DNA of 64,000 nt from Tubulanus polymorphus (taxonomy: Eukaryota; Animalia; Nemertea): contig NC_134033.1 of the NCBI RefSeq assembly GCF_964204645.1, forward strand, positions 8,998,655 to 9,062,654, written 5' to 3'. Within the stretch, counting starts at the first letter, position 1. Each line of letters begins with the position of its first letter. This document shows positions 12,839-26,700 of the stretch, in pieces. A program made the translations under genes and the position numbers. A model generated the notes under the pieces. It saw only the letters and a list, made by a program, of their open reading frames with translations. It did no database searches and had not been told where the DNA came from.

Positions 12839-13802
12839 CAGGGTTCGTAGCGGGCCTTGAAATCCTTGAATAGCCTTAGATTGTCAAAAAGGAAATTGAA
12901 GGCCTTAAATAGCCTTGAATTCAGCATTTTGGTCTTGAAAATTGATTTTAGGACCTTGAATTTCGATAAAGTTGCAGATCTGTAGATTTATGATTTATCT
13001 TTTTTGTATTGATGGAAATTTTGATAAGAGCGTGACGATGTCTACTGCATGGTATATAAATCGTATTGATTTCTTTTTTTATCCTTGGAGACCTATGTTG
13101 TACAGTAGGTGTCTATTTGAGTTATTGGAGAAAGCCCACTACTTTGTATGATCTACGAGCAATTATCTAAACGTGCTGGAGCGGGGAAATAATAGATAAT
13201 AATTTAGATACTTGCTCCTAGGTATGATGAATCATTCAGTTGTGTGTGATTATTGCATGTATAGCGCTTTTCACAGAGATGATGTCAATCGACTTGGACC
13301 ACGGATCTCCTCTGAAATCCCGCCAAAAACATCTGGTTGAAAAAAGTTGTGTTTTCATCATATTTAATAAAGAATTAAGAAATTAAGAAAATTTTCTTTG
13401 ACATTTCCATCTTAATAGTTTGAAAAATGTAAGTTTTCTCCCATCATTTGAATTCAACCCAATACAGGTTTCACCTTATTTTTTCTGTTATATTTCCAAG
13501 ATTTTATGTGGAAAATCTGTACTTCAACTAATTAAAAAGTCACTTGTGTAGGCATTCGTTCATTCGCTCAAAATTAAAATAATCAAATTTCGTAAAGTTG
13601 CTGTAGTTGGCTGTGTCGGTAAATATCAGTGAATTCGGGTCAGCAATGGTATAATGAACCCTGTTAAAGCTGTTTTGATTGTTTTTGAATGGATGAAGCA
13701 AGGAAATATTGTGGTAAAAATGTTTTTCATGGGGGCAAAAAGCCTTGAATGTGCTTCTCAAATAGCCTTGAGTTTTGGTTGGTCTTTAGGCTATGAACCC
13801 TG
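12839..13802. mobile_element. hAT-like non-autonomous element with CCTTGAA subterminal repeats
   Basis: TIR cagggttcgtagc / gctatgaaccctg (12 of 13); flanks cgtag / agtag. Confidence 0.8.
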
Positions 13803-14678
13803 AGTAGGCCACAGTTATCTAATATGTTGCAGATCGGTTATCCTGTGATGTATGTATTCTTTGAAATCGGTTTTCTTTTTGAACTGAATTTTGGATTGTC
13901 TAAGATAGGTTTTTGTAGAATTTCGGTGATGATTTAGTTGGGATCAGATTTAGTTGAAAAACTTGCCATGATTTTGGTCTTAGATGTTTGTAGTAGTTGG
14001 TTGTTATTATGGTTTTTTGGTAGTTTGTTATGACCAATGCTTCAAATACCTATTCCAGCCTGGGCAAAGGTACTTTTTGCAGAGTGTAATTGATTAGTGT
14101 TTTCCAGTGCGTTGGTTTCAGAGTATGGTAAATAATTATCTTAAATGCTGTGTTTGTCCAACATACATCAATAAGTCAGATGTGGGGCAGGCCCTAAGCC
14201 TCTGGAATCTATTTCCTAGTATTTCTGTTATCATTATAGTTACTGAAAGAGAAAATACCTGAATTTTAAGCAAGCTCAAATGAATACCTTCGATCTTTCT
14301 GCGTATTTTCTTCTTTCCATGATTTCAATGCAAGACATATTTTTCAATCTGGCATGAAATGACTTGTGATCTATAATAATGTCCTAATTTAGTCTACCAT
14401 TTAGAGTTTTTTTGTCAGTATTGTTTTGTAGTTATTTTTACCCACGTACTTTTCAATAACCATGTATGATTTACATGAGAAAATTCTGCACTGTAATACT
14501 ATGTATCATAAACAGGATTTAGTCTTGCCTTATGTTGGAAATTTTGAGAAATGCTTTTAAGGGAACACACATACTGTTTTTAGTGAAATCGAGTTGAATA
14601 TTGCAGTTGGGATTAGAATTATCTTCATTTTAGAATAACCTGGGATTTCACTTTTATAAAAAGGATTGTTGTTTAGCA

Positions 14679-14778
14679 ATGTCAAAAAAACAGGACAAAT
14701 CATCTGAATCAACTCAAAACCATTCAGCTCGGCGGTCTTTAACTTTAATGCGTGGTGCTGTGGCTTTTTTAATGTCTC
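14679..14778 (+). CDS. MYCBPAP: Candidate N-terminal exon 1a (MSKKQDKSSESTQNHSARRSLTLMRGAVAFLMS)
   Basis: tttag|caATG, 100 nt open frame, ends c|gtaagt in phase 1, compatible with exon 20317. Confidence 0.55.
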
Positions 14779-17700
14779 GTAAGTATGAGTAAAAATTCAC
14801 AGAAAAAATAAGCATGTTCTCTCCCTATTTTAAAACCTGTCATAGTAGAAATTCATACTTTAATAGAAATGGCATTTGCCACTTGGCTTATTTATCTTGT
14901 AGCTAATTGCAGTTATGTACCAGTAGCGAGGTATCTCATAATTGCGACATATTTTCCTGTAGGCCTATTGTGCTTAGCTATCTTGATATTGTGTAATTTC
15001 AGTACTAAGCAATCTGCCAAAGCTCAAGGTTAAACCCATCCCACCCAAACTTTGCTTTATTTCCTCATTTCAAAGGGATAATACTGATATAGGTCTAGTT
15101 TGTGATAAGCATGCATTTTGCCTTTGGACTAGACTTATCACTTTCATCTTATCACTAATAAAACATGTCCACCCTATACTTGAGTGCTGAAGATCAAGTG
15201 GGGTTATACACCAATGTACTTGCTACTTGTATTGTCAGATTCAACTGAATTTGACGCCAATTCTTTATGTCTTATAAACATTTTAGAGAAATAACTTAAA
15301 TGATATAGTGAATATTTGAATTTTCTGACTTAAGGAATAGAGTTTTCTTGAAAGCAACATCCACTTCGTACGTCAGTAAGTTTTTACTGTCATCTTTATC
15401 ATCAGGGATAACTAAGAACTCTTGTAGTCCCTGTACTATACCCGTCAGAGACGTCGTTTTGGAATACATTGAAAAAGTCTTCTGAGTCGCTAGGTGGAAT
15501 TGTGGTTAGGAGCCACTCTACATTGTTAAATGATTTTAGTCAGCATGTATCATTGAATCGGCAGTAGAATTAAAATCATAGCGTCAATCATTGGAGAAAT
15601 AGCTCACTTGTGAAAATCTAAGGGAATGGAAAAATCGAGAGGTGGAAATGAAATCAATAATAATCCAGCATTAAACAAGTTTTCAGCTGGTATTTCCGCA
15701 AAAGGCAAGAGAAACCAGGTTGATGATACTTCTGAGAAATGCAAAAATGAGGTGGTTGCCGCGCGTCAGCGTGACTCTGAGCGATTCATCAGTCAAGGGG
15801 ATGAGGAAGATGAAACTGGTCCGATACATCGTCGCGGTCCATCGCGCAGCATCACTAGTTTACATATCAGTCATAACAGTGGGGAGACTGGCACATTTCC
15901 ACAGCACTATCACCGGCATCGGCGCGTTTCTTCAGCTGGGTTTTTACCACTTTGGCGTGCGCCACATAGTACTCGCCAACAACGCCGTCGGTCTTCAGGT
16001 CATGCTCATCATCTACGTAAGGTTATCTTTTTAATCTATTCACACACTCATTACCATCCTATTTGTCTTCTACTCAGGAGTCTGCAACTTTTGACAATAT
16101 TTAAAACGTTCATCGTTGGACATCACTTAATGTAGAATCCGATTGAAAATGAGGATGATTGGATTCATATTTCTACCTCCAAGGGCTCACATGAAAAATA
16201 TTATTAACAGTCTAGAGGCCGCGATTGTCCTCCATTTTTTTTTTCAAACTTGCAGGTATGCCAATAGCTCATTGTTCGTCGGAGTTGGCTACAGAAACAC
16301 CTTTTAAAATTGTTGCTACTGGGGTGCACAATGGAATATGGCCTGCTTCTATTTGATCTCAGTAATTATGGGGAGACACCAATTGAATATGCTCAGTCGC
16401 CTAGTTATAGCCTAGTTCGTTCCTATTATCGAATGGCAAATCCAATTCATTATTCATTCAGAGAATGTACATTTTGTCCTACAACTCTCATATTCCATAT
16501 GAGAATTTTAGGTAACATCATATATGAACATATTTTCCCATGAAAATGTCAAGATGGCTGACTGGTGGCCACCTTTGATTCCAAAAATGTAAAAAAACAT
16601 AATCTATTCTAATACCTGACAATATGCCAAATAGGCTAACTGCATAAAATATAACAATATATATGTTGGACTTTGTTTTGGGAGGTTGATGTTGGTGTCT
16701 TGTTTTAGTGCGTTAATCAGAGATGCTAGTTTTCCGAAAAAATATCCAGAATTCCGGAAATTTAGGATCGCCGATGTCAATTCCGGAAATTGGGTGAGAA
16801 TTCCTCGTGGCGACCAGTAATGGCACGGACCGTAAAAGCGTTCGTTTGCTTGTACTCGTCGTGGCTTCTGTGTTATTTTATCTTGGTCTCTGTTTCCGAG
16901 GACGTTCTGCTACAATGTATATATGTGTGCTTGTTGTGGTATTTGTGCGTGCGTAGGTGGCGGAGCGCCACTGTTGTGACGCCATTTCCAATTAAAAGTC
17001 AATTATCTTTACGCGTCGTTGTACATCGTCCCGCTGACGGCCAACAATGTGAAGATGCACGTGGTAATAATTAAGATGATATCTTATAAATATCATCTTA
17101 ATTATTACCACGTGCGTGCTATGTCCTGAGGCACGCAGCTTTGTAACTTTCTAACAGCCTGCAGCTGTCAAGCGGGACGGTCTGCAAAATGAGCCCGCAC
17201 GGAAAGATTGTCAGTCGGGAGTCGGCCGATATAAAGGCAATTGACAGCGGTATGAAAAATAAATTTAACTGGCACTGGCTAGAGTGTAAGTAACAGGGAC
17301 TACTTATCGAACTACATTTGTAAGTTAGACTTAGGTGGTGTGGCGTACTGCGTCGTTTGTAAAGACCAGGTCAAATACGGTAGTGGCGGGAAAAAAGATA
17401 TTCTTGGTCACCCGGATAGCGCGCGGCATAAGCAGCGAGGGATGTGAAGCACAACGAATGCCTGCCGTCGTATTTTCAGATACCCAGATCGCTCTAGAAC
17501 GCATTTCCGGCGATGCAAAAACGCAAAAAGACCCCCGTTCTAAATTCCGGAATTTTGGTACTTTGGCCCTAGCATCTCTGGTTAATATGCTTCATGTATT
17601 TTTATACGAACCTTCTGTACCAAATATCAAGCCCATCCGAATATTGTTGCATTACAATTTCCCTTCCTGTTTCAAGTTTTGTTGTCATATTCTATGGCAT

Positions 17701-20700
17701 CATAGGACACTTAACCAAAATATGTTTATTTTTGTGGTACACATTGAGAAAAAAAAATTCTCTTATTCAAACTAGTCACATTGGGACAATAAAGGTGTGT
17801 TTTATTTGGACACGTTGGATCAAAAATATTAACTTTTTTTTATCACTTTGGGATCGTCGGACAATTTCGGCCAAAAATGTCTGTTTTTGATGGACTGTAT
17901 TGAATGTCAGATGCATTGGACCTGTAGGATGAAATGATCCACATGTACCAAAAAGAATGTTTTACAGCAATGTAAGAATTATTTACCAGAAATTTTGCGG
18001 TAATAGATGAGCAAGGTCTTGCCTTGCTTACTCTTTAAATTCCTCTTTCAAAATTTCTGATTTGAAACAACAAGCACCATTTACAACCACTCACTTTATT
18101 ACCATTTAGACGCTGACTGAATTGTATAGGGAATGAAATCCAACGTAGACAGTAAATGGAGTAGAATTTGAGGCACACTGAGCCTCAATGCCATTGTAAC
18201 TCTCATTTATGGGGTGCCTTGTGGGACATTATCTCAAGATTTAATCCATGTTGACTTTTCTTAAATTATATGTTGATAATACAAAGCCTTATAAATGTTG
18301 AATTTATCTCAATGCTGATTTCATTTCTAAACCACTGTTGAGATCTTTCTAAATTCACTGTTGAGAATTTTTCAAAACCACTGCTGAGAATTTTGTAAAT
18401 TCACTGTCAAGATTTATTTTTATATATGTCGAGATTTTTCTATTTCTATGTCGAGATTTTTCTATTGCTATGTCAATATTTTGTTATGTCGAGATTATTT
18501 TTTCCACACGGTGCCCCATACTTATTGTACTATAATTTAACCACCATGTATCAAATAATTTCGTATTAAGCTTCACAACTAAGAACTGTACAATAGTTAC
18601 TTATGATTATGATTAGTTAACAGGTATCTGTGAAAAGACGTTGGCTTAGGCCTATAACTTTTTTTTAGAAAGGTGCCTCTCGATCCTCAAATTCGACCCA
18701 GGTCTCACCTTTCCTAGCTGCAATTAGCGACTAAACAAAGAATATACATTCGCATAATATATTTGTGAAAATTGTAGGCCTATACATTTTATGAACAATA
18801 TATGTGGTTACAATGTTTGAAATTGATATTCAGAAGTAAATATCATTAAGGTAGAGAGCAAATATCATGCATCCATTTGGGTTGTTTGCTTTATGAGTAA
18901 TTAAACACATTGGCCCTAGTAAACTATATTTAACACTGTAAAGCATTCTAGAACTTGCCTGGGCTAGATCTTGCTTTGATTATCCAAATGTTTCCCTTAA
19001 AATGGTTCCAAAACACATTAGCTACTTTTGAATATTCAACCGATATTGTGCCTCTTTTCACTTCTCATGCTTGCACATCTGATAATGTGTAGTTGTAAGA
19101 AATCTCAGCATTCTATACTCATCTTTTAAGAATATTGTGAGAAAATTATGATCTAGATTATGAGATGTGAGGATCCAGTTACAGAATCATGAGTTAACAT
19201 TGACTCAGTCAAGATTGTTGTTTCTAGTTATTTAAACCTAAACTCTGTGATAGGGTTCTTAATTAAAAGTTGTGTAAATACTAGTAACCCATGATATGCA
19301 TGATTGTCAATTTCTACATTATTCATTTAAATTAAATGTACGTGTACTGTGACTAAAACCCTGAGTGAACCTCAATGCCGTCCTGGACAAGCTCACATTT
19401 TATTCACATTCACTTAATGTGAATTCAAATGTCATGACACTCTGCTATACCTGTTTGTCCATCTACCCACACACATGTGTTTAGAGCTTAATATTACAAA
19501 TACTAGATAGAGAATTCACATTCATAAAGGATTGAGGCCCGGGATATTGTTATATTCATTTTCATTTCCGTAATATGTATGGCAAAGTAAGGGCATCGAT
19601 CCCTTACTGATATTTTTTCATCTTGAAATATTTTGCTCGTGTGTTGTGGTTATTTGCATTTTGGACAAATGTCGGCTAGACGTCAAAGTAGGATAACTGG
19701 GTCAAATGTACCCCAGAACCAGCTATTAACTGTTATCCCTGTAGTTTCTCAACGCAGGGGCTCCATCCGTAAGTTAGTTTTTTTCTAGTCAAATTGCAAT
19801 GGTCTTAATTCATCTTAAAACTCGTTTGAGTTGTTCCTTTGGATATAGTGTTGGTTACCTGTGATTCTTGAGGATATTTTATCCGCTGGCGATGGGTTAA
19901 AACTCATTTTTAAACTTCATATCAATTTAAGATTTAATCTTTTTTGTGAAACTGGTTTGAAACGTAAACAAGTTAAATCGATTTAATTGATTTAATTTTA
20001 ATCAATTTAAGGAATTTAATCTATTTTGTGAAACTTGGTCTTGAATGTATTTCATATAGATTAAATCTACAGATAGGTACAATAAATCTAATGTATCTTA
20101 CATTTCTAATATTATATTTGTCAACTTGAGTAAGTAAATGCTTGCAAATGGCTTAAAATGGTGGCCATATTGCGCTTAAAAAACTTTCATAATCGACTTG
20201 TTTTGAAAAATATATTGTTGCTATACAATTTGCACATTACTGTGAGTAGGTAGTTCTTATAGCGGATATGAGTCCTCTTAGGGCTATAGAATATTGATTT
20301 ATTCAATTTTTTTCAGATAAGCTGAAGGGTAAGAAGCGCGATGGTACTCCAGATAAAACTACTACAACTCCAAACCCATCACAAGATTTACTTGAGGAAC
20401 ATTCTTTACCAATGAAAAATGTCATTTACAATGAAGAAATTGCCAGCTTACAAATCAAAGAAGAAGATTTAGCGAAGGTTGTTTTATCGAATCTTTATTT
20501 TTGGCCGCTCTTAAAGCATACTGTTCAGAGTTTAAATCCAGCATGATAATTAGTAAATACTGGTAATCACAATTTTAATGAATCGTTGTTGTCATTGAAG
20601 TCATTGAGAATGGAAAGCTGTTATTGCTAGTAAGTATGTTACTGTTAGTAACTATGTATACAATGATTATTTCATTGAATTGAATTGAATTTAAATGAAT

Positions 20701-23700
20701 CATGGAAAATGTTATCATTGATATACTGCCGATCCAAGGGGTGTCCCCGCTCGTGCCTCTTATGGTAGGTCTATGCCAATTGCCATATCAATCCATATAA
20801 CCACTGAGAAGCATTTGTCTTGTTTGTACAAGGCCCAAGTTCAATCCTTGTTAGGGGCCGTGCATAAAGTACGTACGTCCGTAGGGGGGGTTCTTAAAAC
20901 CGTACAAAAGTGTACAGGGGGAGGGGAGGGGTCAGCTAAAAACGTACATACTTTCCAAGGGGGAGGGTTAATATTAATAGTACGTACTTTGTGCACGAAA
21001 CATATGTCTGTGGGTAAACCTGTCTTCCTTTAATGTATAGCAAACACTGCCTTAATTGCGAAACAGGTCTCCCTGGGTTTGTTGCATTCAATATATTACA
21101 TTTGGATCTCGGGAATTCCCCACTTTCAGTCTTTCATTTCGTCGCCATGGAAGATCGTTGATCAACGTCAGCAGGAACTCTGTTGAATCAGGGTGGATTT
21201 TGCCTTCTTTAAACCATTATTCCTGAAAATTCTGTTTTACTGGGGGGGGGGGGTTACCCCTAAAAGTATGTACGCAAGGGGGGGTTATAAAAAAACCTAC
21301 AATGAGCGTACAAGGGGGGAGGGGGGGTTAAAAATACCCGGAAGTCAAGCGTACGTACTTTATGCACGGCCCCCTTATCCTACAAAGTTTAGAAAACCAA
21401 ATCGAAGATGACCTACTGGCAGCCATATTATGGTCTAATGCCATCTAAGATGGCTGCTGACAATCAGCCTTATTGGGTCCTGGTAAAGGACAGTTTGGCA
21501 AGTTAATCCATGCAGTTAACTTCAAATAAACTTCAGATAAATGACCTACGTAGCTCCATCAACTCTTTGCCTGCCAAACATCGCACAGCACTAGTTAATT
21601 TAATACCTTTGTCAGTCATTCTATGCAGTCTGCTAGTGACGTCATCTATTGAAATGGTGGCTCAAAGGGCATATTTCCGTCAAATGCACCCTCTGCACTG
21701 GTGATTGCTACATTCTGTATTACTCTCAGAAGAAAAACTTCTAATTTGACCTGAAAAAGCAAGACCACATGAACAAAATAAAATCAATTTGATGAAGATA
21801 TCTCTTCTAGGATGGATGACATCCAAGCTGTCTGTCCAGCAGCCAATTTGGATTCTGAAATGGACATTATAGATTGTGACGACCAAGTTATTCCATACAG
21901 TGACTTCAAATTTGATATGAATGATCAATATGACTAGTATATTAGCTGATTAAATTATGTTCTTATGTCATCTAAGATGGTCACTCAGTGGCCATATTTG
22001 ATTCTGCTAAAGGTCATATTGGGCTTTGATGACTAATTGTCTATATTATATGTACAGATTCGGGAGCCACGTCCACCATCTACAGACAGGAAATGTCCAG
22101 CCCCACAGCAGTATACTGTGCGTAAACTTAAACCAGTTTCAGAATGGGATCTACCCAAACCTAAAACGTGAGTTATAATGATGAAAGTTTCAATATTTTT
22201 CCCAGTCTTCATTCTGTGTTTGACCCCAACTCTGGTAAACTTTGATCAGTCCCAATTTTGCTGCATAAGTCAGAGTGGACTTTAGTATCAAACTCCTATT
22301 ATTTTTTGATGCATATAGTGGAGTTTTACCTGTCTTGATTTCCATAGTATTTTTAATTTGATGCTGATAGTATTCACGTTTTGAAACAAGCACCACCTGA
22401 TGCCCCTGTTAAACCAATTGACCTGTCGAATATCGGAGGTCCAAGACTCGATGCTGAGGGTGAGGTTGTTAGTCACAGTATTCTTGGAAACGTTGATGAA
22501 TTCATGCATGAAGCTGTGAAACGTGGACATGTTGAGGTAAAATTAAAATGGTTCATGAAGATTTTTTTCTTATGTAATCACCTATAAATCAACCCCTTTT
22601 CTTTGGGCAATCACCTATAATATATGCTATGAAAATACCAGATAATCCTTGAAATGAATTTAGATTTGTAATTTGAAGCTCATGACAGAATCTACACAAA
22701 CATGTAGAAATTTCAAAAATGGTGAAAGATTCTACCATTAATCTTGCCAATCCCAAGTGGACTATCATTCGCGGCCATTCATCCCAAAACTGATCTTATA
22801 ATCATGTATGAATCCTCGCTCCCTGGATGGGTCGGCTAGGGTTGGGCTTTATCAGGACGCCATCTGGTTAGAATCTGCTGAGGAAGGGTGTGTCTACTCG
22901 ACAGTGGTTTGCAGCATGGGAGACTGTTAGTGATGTCATCAGATTGACTCTGTAAGGAATGATGTACAATTGGAAAATAATCATACTAACTTTCATTTTA
23001 TCATAGAACATACCTCTGCCCCAGTCTCAGGCCAGCTCCGAGAGTCAGCTTACTGTGAAATATGAGAAGAAAAAGAAGGTTCAGCTGAGAGCAGCACCAC
23101 CTATGTTAAACATGAACGAAAGCAATGCTTTGAAAAACTGGCGAGCGAAAATGTTAGAACGTAAACGTCAACAGGGCTACATTTCTAGTATGTTGCACCA
23201 GAAATTCAATTCTAAATTCTTAAGATATTTAAAAATCATGCTTAAAACTGCGTGCAACTTAGCTGCCCTTTACTCAAAACCTGAATTTGACTAAAATAGA
23301 TTGAGCGCATGGTTTGTGATGCCACAAACTGAACGTGTGCTGAATGTGAACTCCACATAGGGTTGGTTTGTGGTTTTGAGAAAATGCCACTACACTGGAT
23401 GTTTGCTTTTTATGCCCCGGTCTCAACTTTAGCTGATTTAACTACGTCGGTGACATTAACAGCGTAGCGGCAGCAATTTTGTGTACTGGTTTTTTCAAAA
23501 TTTGTTACACAACTAGGGCATCACTTTGGGCAGAACCCTATTGTAAAATTGGGTCCATTCGATTCAATTTATGGTCACCAGGGCGCGACATGAAAAACAA
23601 CTTAGTCTAGAGGCCGCAATTGTTCACCACTTTTTCTTTTTTAACTTGGTACACGAGTAGGGCATCACTTGGGGCAGAACCCTATTTTAATTGATTTGAT

Positions 23701-26700
23701 GCGATTCAAATTATGGCCACCAGGGGAAAACAGCCTGGAGGCTGCAACTGTTGATCAATTTTGTTAACGTCGTAAAGATGTTGTCTAATATCATTCTTAT
23801 AGAAATAATTGTGGCCACGATATTTCCAATGCATTTACCAACACAAAAATAAATCTCAACTGTGTAAATGTGTGTATACAAGCAATGAATTTTTAACTCA
23901 GTAAACTTAAAAAGAATTGAAATTTTATGCAGCGTGAGCCTTGCACCCTGCGCTGTGTCTGGAGCGCTTTTCCATCATTAACACTCCACTCACTTTTAAT
24001 TGCCTGCCATTTTTAGCCTCTTTGACTTAAGTTCCATCGGGCTTGGATGGCATTCACTTTTCACTTGTTCATTCATCAACGAAATCAATCATTTTGGAAG
24101 GGTTGAGGGGTTTAATCTTGATTTTTGGTTTATACATGTATTAACCTTAAAATCTGCAGCCAAAAACCTGGCTTGGAATCAAGATGGCTGACTGGTGCCC
24201 ATTATTGTCAGCCAAAATCAGCGCATTTTAGACATCATTTAGGTTTTTGAGGGAAATTTTGAATATCAGGCCACACCAAGAAATCCTTGTTTCTCGGGCG
24301 GGGCAATCACCAAAATGAGTAGGTAGGTACACGTTGTTTGAGCACCTCTCTACCATTTCCAGAGTCAAATGTTGAATCTGATGTAATGAAATATTTTCAT
24401 GTTGATCTCAGTGCCGACATCACGATTTGATTAATAATAAAAAAAATTTTTACGAGAATGGAAAGCTTTGCAGTCAAGTTGGCCACATACACATTTTTTG
24501 AAAGACGTTATTTCATCTATAATTTGAAATAGGGCCGGTAAGCACTTTGTATTTATTTCACAAATAATATTTAAAAAGACGAAATATCGGGTTGGTCGGG
24601 CCAGAGAAACAGGGTTTTCTTGCATGTTTTTCAACTGAAATCATTTGCAAAATTATAGCTCATAACGTATTCTGTGATCGTGGTGAGTTTCAAGGTCATT
24701 CGTTTCTGTAAATGTTCACCAGGGACATTTGAATATTGAAATTGTCAGATTGATGAGCATTGTGGCGTCCCTGGACCCTTAATTCTTAAACTTGGAAGGT
24801 GTTATGGGGAAGGTCGGGTGAATACATTCATTGAAAATTAAGTTTCTCGATCTTCCAATATGGCTGCAATAGCAAACATTTTGAGCTTCTTGTTGGTGCT
24901 GTATTCTCTAAAATTTACATGCAATTTCCTTGAACACTGTAGTTATGATTCGATCCATGGATTACAGCTATCAAAATGCCGATTTCTCTTTTTTCAAATG
25001 GTCACCAAGGCGGACATCTTGGAATTTCTCGTTAGTGCTGTACATACTTCAAATAAAGTGCAACTTCTTTTCAACTTGGTAGATGTAATGGGGTCGGTCA
25101 ACTAATAACACCTTAATTGGAAATAAAGTTTCTGGATCTGATTTTGAATTACTGGAATTTTCTTGAAAGTTGGTAGCTATCAATAGCTATGAAGTCCATG
25201 GATTACATCAACGAATATTTAGCTTTCTCACTATCCCAAAATAGCAACCTAGGCAGAGACCTTGAATTTCTCATTAGCGCTCTGTAAAATAGAATTTAGA
25301 CTTGATAGATTTAATGGGGTAAGTTGCTCTTCCAATATGGCCACCACAGTTAACATTTTGAATCTCTTAACAGTGCTCTAGACACTACAAATAATTGGCG
25401 ATTTTCTTGAAAGTTGGTAGGTATAATGTGCTAAGTGCATGGATTGCACCTATTGAAAATCAGCTATTTTGCTGTCCCAAAATGACCGCCAAGATGGACA
25501 ACTTAAACTTCTTGTTAGTACTAAACACATAAAGTAACTTGCAATTCTCTTGAAACTTAGAATTTACGATTGGCTATGTCCATGGTTTATACCTGCTGAA
25601 AATACAGTTGCTCGCCCTTTTAAAATACCACAATATTTTGATCATACCAGTGCGACACAAATAGTGTTCCACATCTTTCTAGTTTGCTAGTGTTCTGAAG
25701 TCAACTAGGCCTATTATCAAAAAATAATTTTGTAATAATAGAAGTGATTGGATAAGGTTGCATGCCAGGCGTCTTTGATTGTGTATAGCTTGTTTTCGTA
25801 TACTTTAACACATGGTTTCATGTATGTTAGGTGCATGTTTTGTTGCATGTTGCATGTTATTACAGGATTGTTACAGAAACCAGCTGAATCACTGGTGATG
25901 AATCGAGGTGATTCTTATCGAAAAGTCGAAGAAGAGCGATACCTTATTGATCGTACTATACCAGCCATAGATTATGGGAAGGGATGTAAGTTTTGAATCA
26001 GCGTAAAAATTAACATCTTAACCCTTTCAGTGCTGACTAATCAATACCCTATAGTGCTGGGGAGATAATTTGAAAATTTTGAAAAATTCCACCGTAGTAT
26101 GTTGAATAACCAGAATACCACTATAGTGCGTATACACCGCTGTGTGGTATATCGTTAGTTAGTAATATTGCACTATGTTTGACAGGTGCTGCCATCTTTC
26201 AATAGAGATAAAAACTAATTACTAATTTCATCAATACACCGCAATGCGGTGTACTAGCAAAATCCATCACCGATTCATACACCGCACTGCAGTGTAGATG
26301 CACTGAAAGGGTTAACTCTGAACCTTTCTATGCCACACTTTTCTGGGATGAGTTATAAACAAAGGCCTACTTCGATTACTAAAGAGCACAACTTCAGATA
26401 GAACACTAATGAGCACAACATAAGATAGAAGAACCTTCTTTATGTTTCATTCTTGGAGAATCAATCACATGTGGAACATGTTTAATCTAAACACTATCAC
26501 AGGCACCTTCGATGAATACGTAGATCTGTTTCACCAATAAACAATCATGAGTAGAATTGAAATTGAATTTGATTGGTTTTTGTGAATTAATGAATCGCTG
26601 GTTACCTTGATACACTTGAAAGGGGCTGATAGCGAAATCTTGTGTATCTAATCACGATAGAACTAGCTACCAAATGTGGATTACAACTCAAAGTTGTATC

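Noticed and set aside
11605-13190. Exact 18-mer gtgctggagcggggaaat present twice
   Set aside because: No extended homology; probably a fragment of a dispersed repeat
15341-15375. Extra small exon ending ca|gtaagt
   Set aside because: Good donor but purine-rich, weak acceptor; cannot be supported without transcripts
18330-18500. 22-23-bp periodic repeats, and similar arrays at 27745-27800, 28462-28533 and 40738-40860, as CRISPR-like arrays
   Set aside because: Head-to-tail degenerate units without unique spacers, no cas genes, eukaryotic context
22800-22960. GC-richer intronic segment as a snoRNA
   Set aside because: No convincing C/D or H/ACA box arrangement with terminal stems
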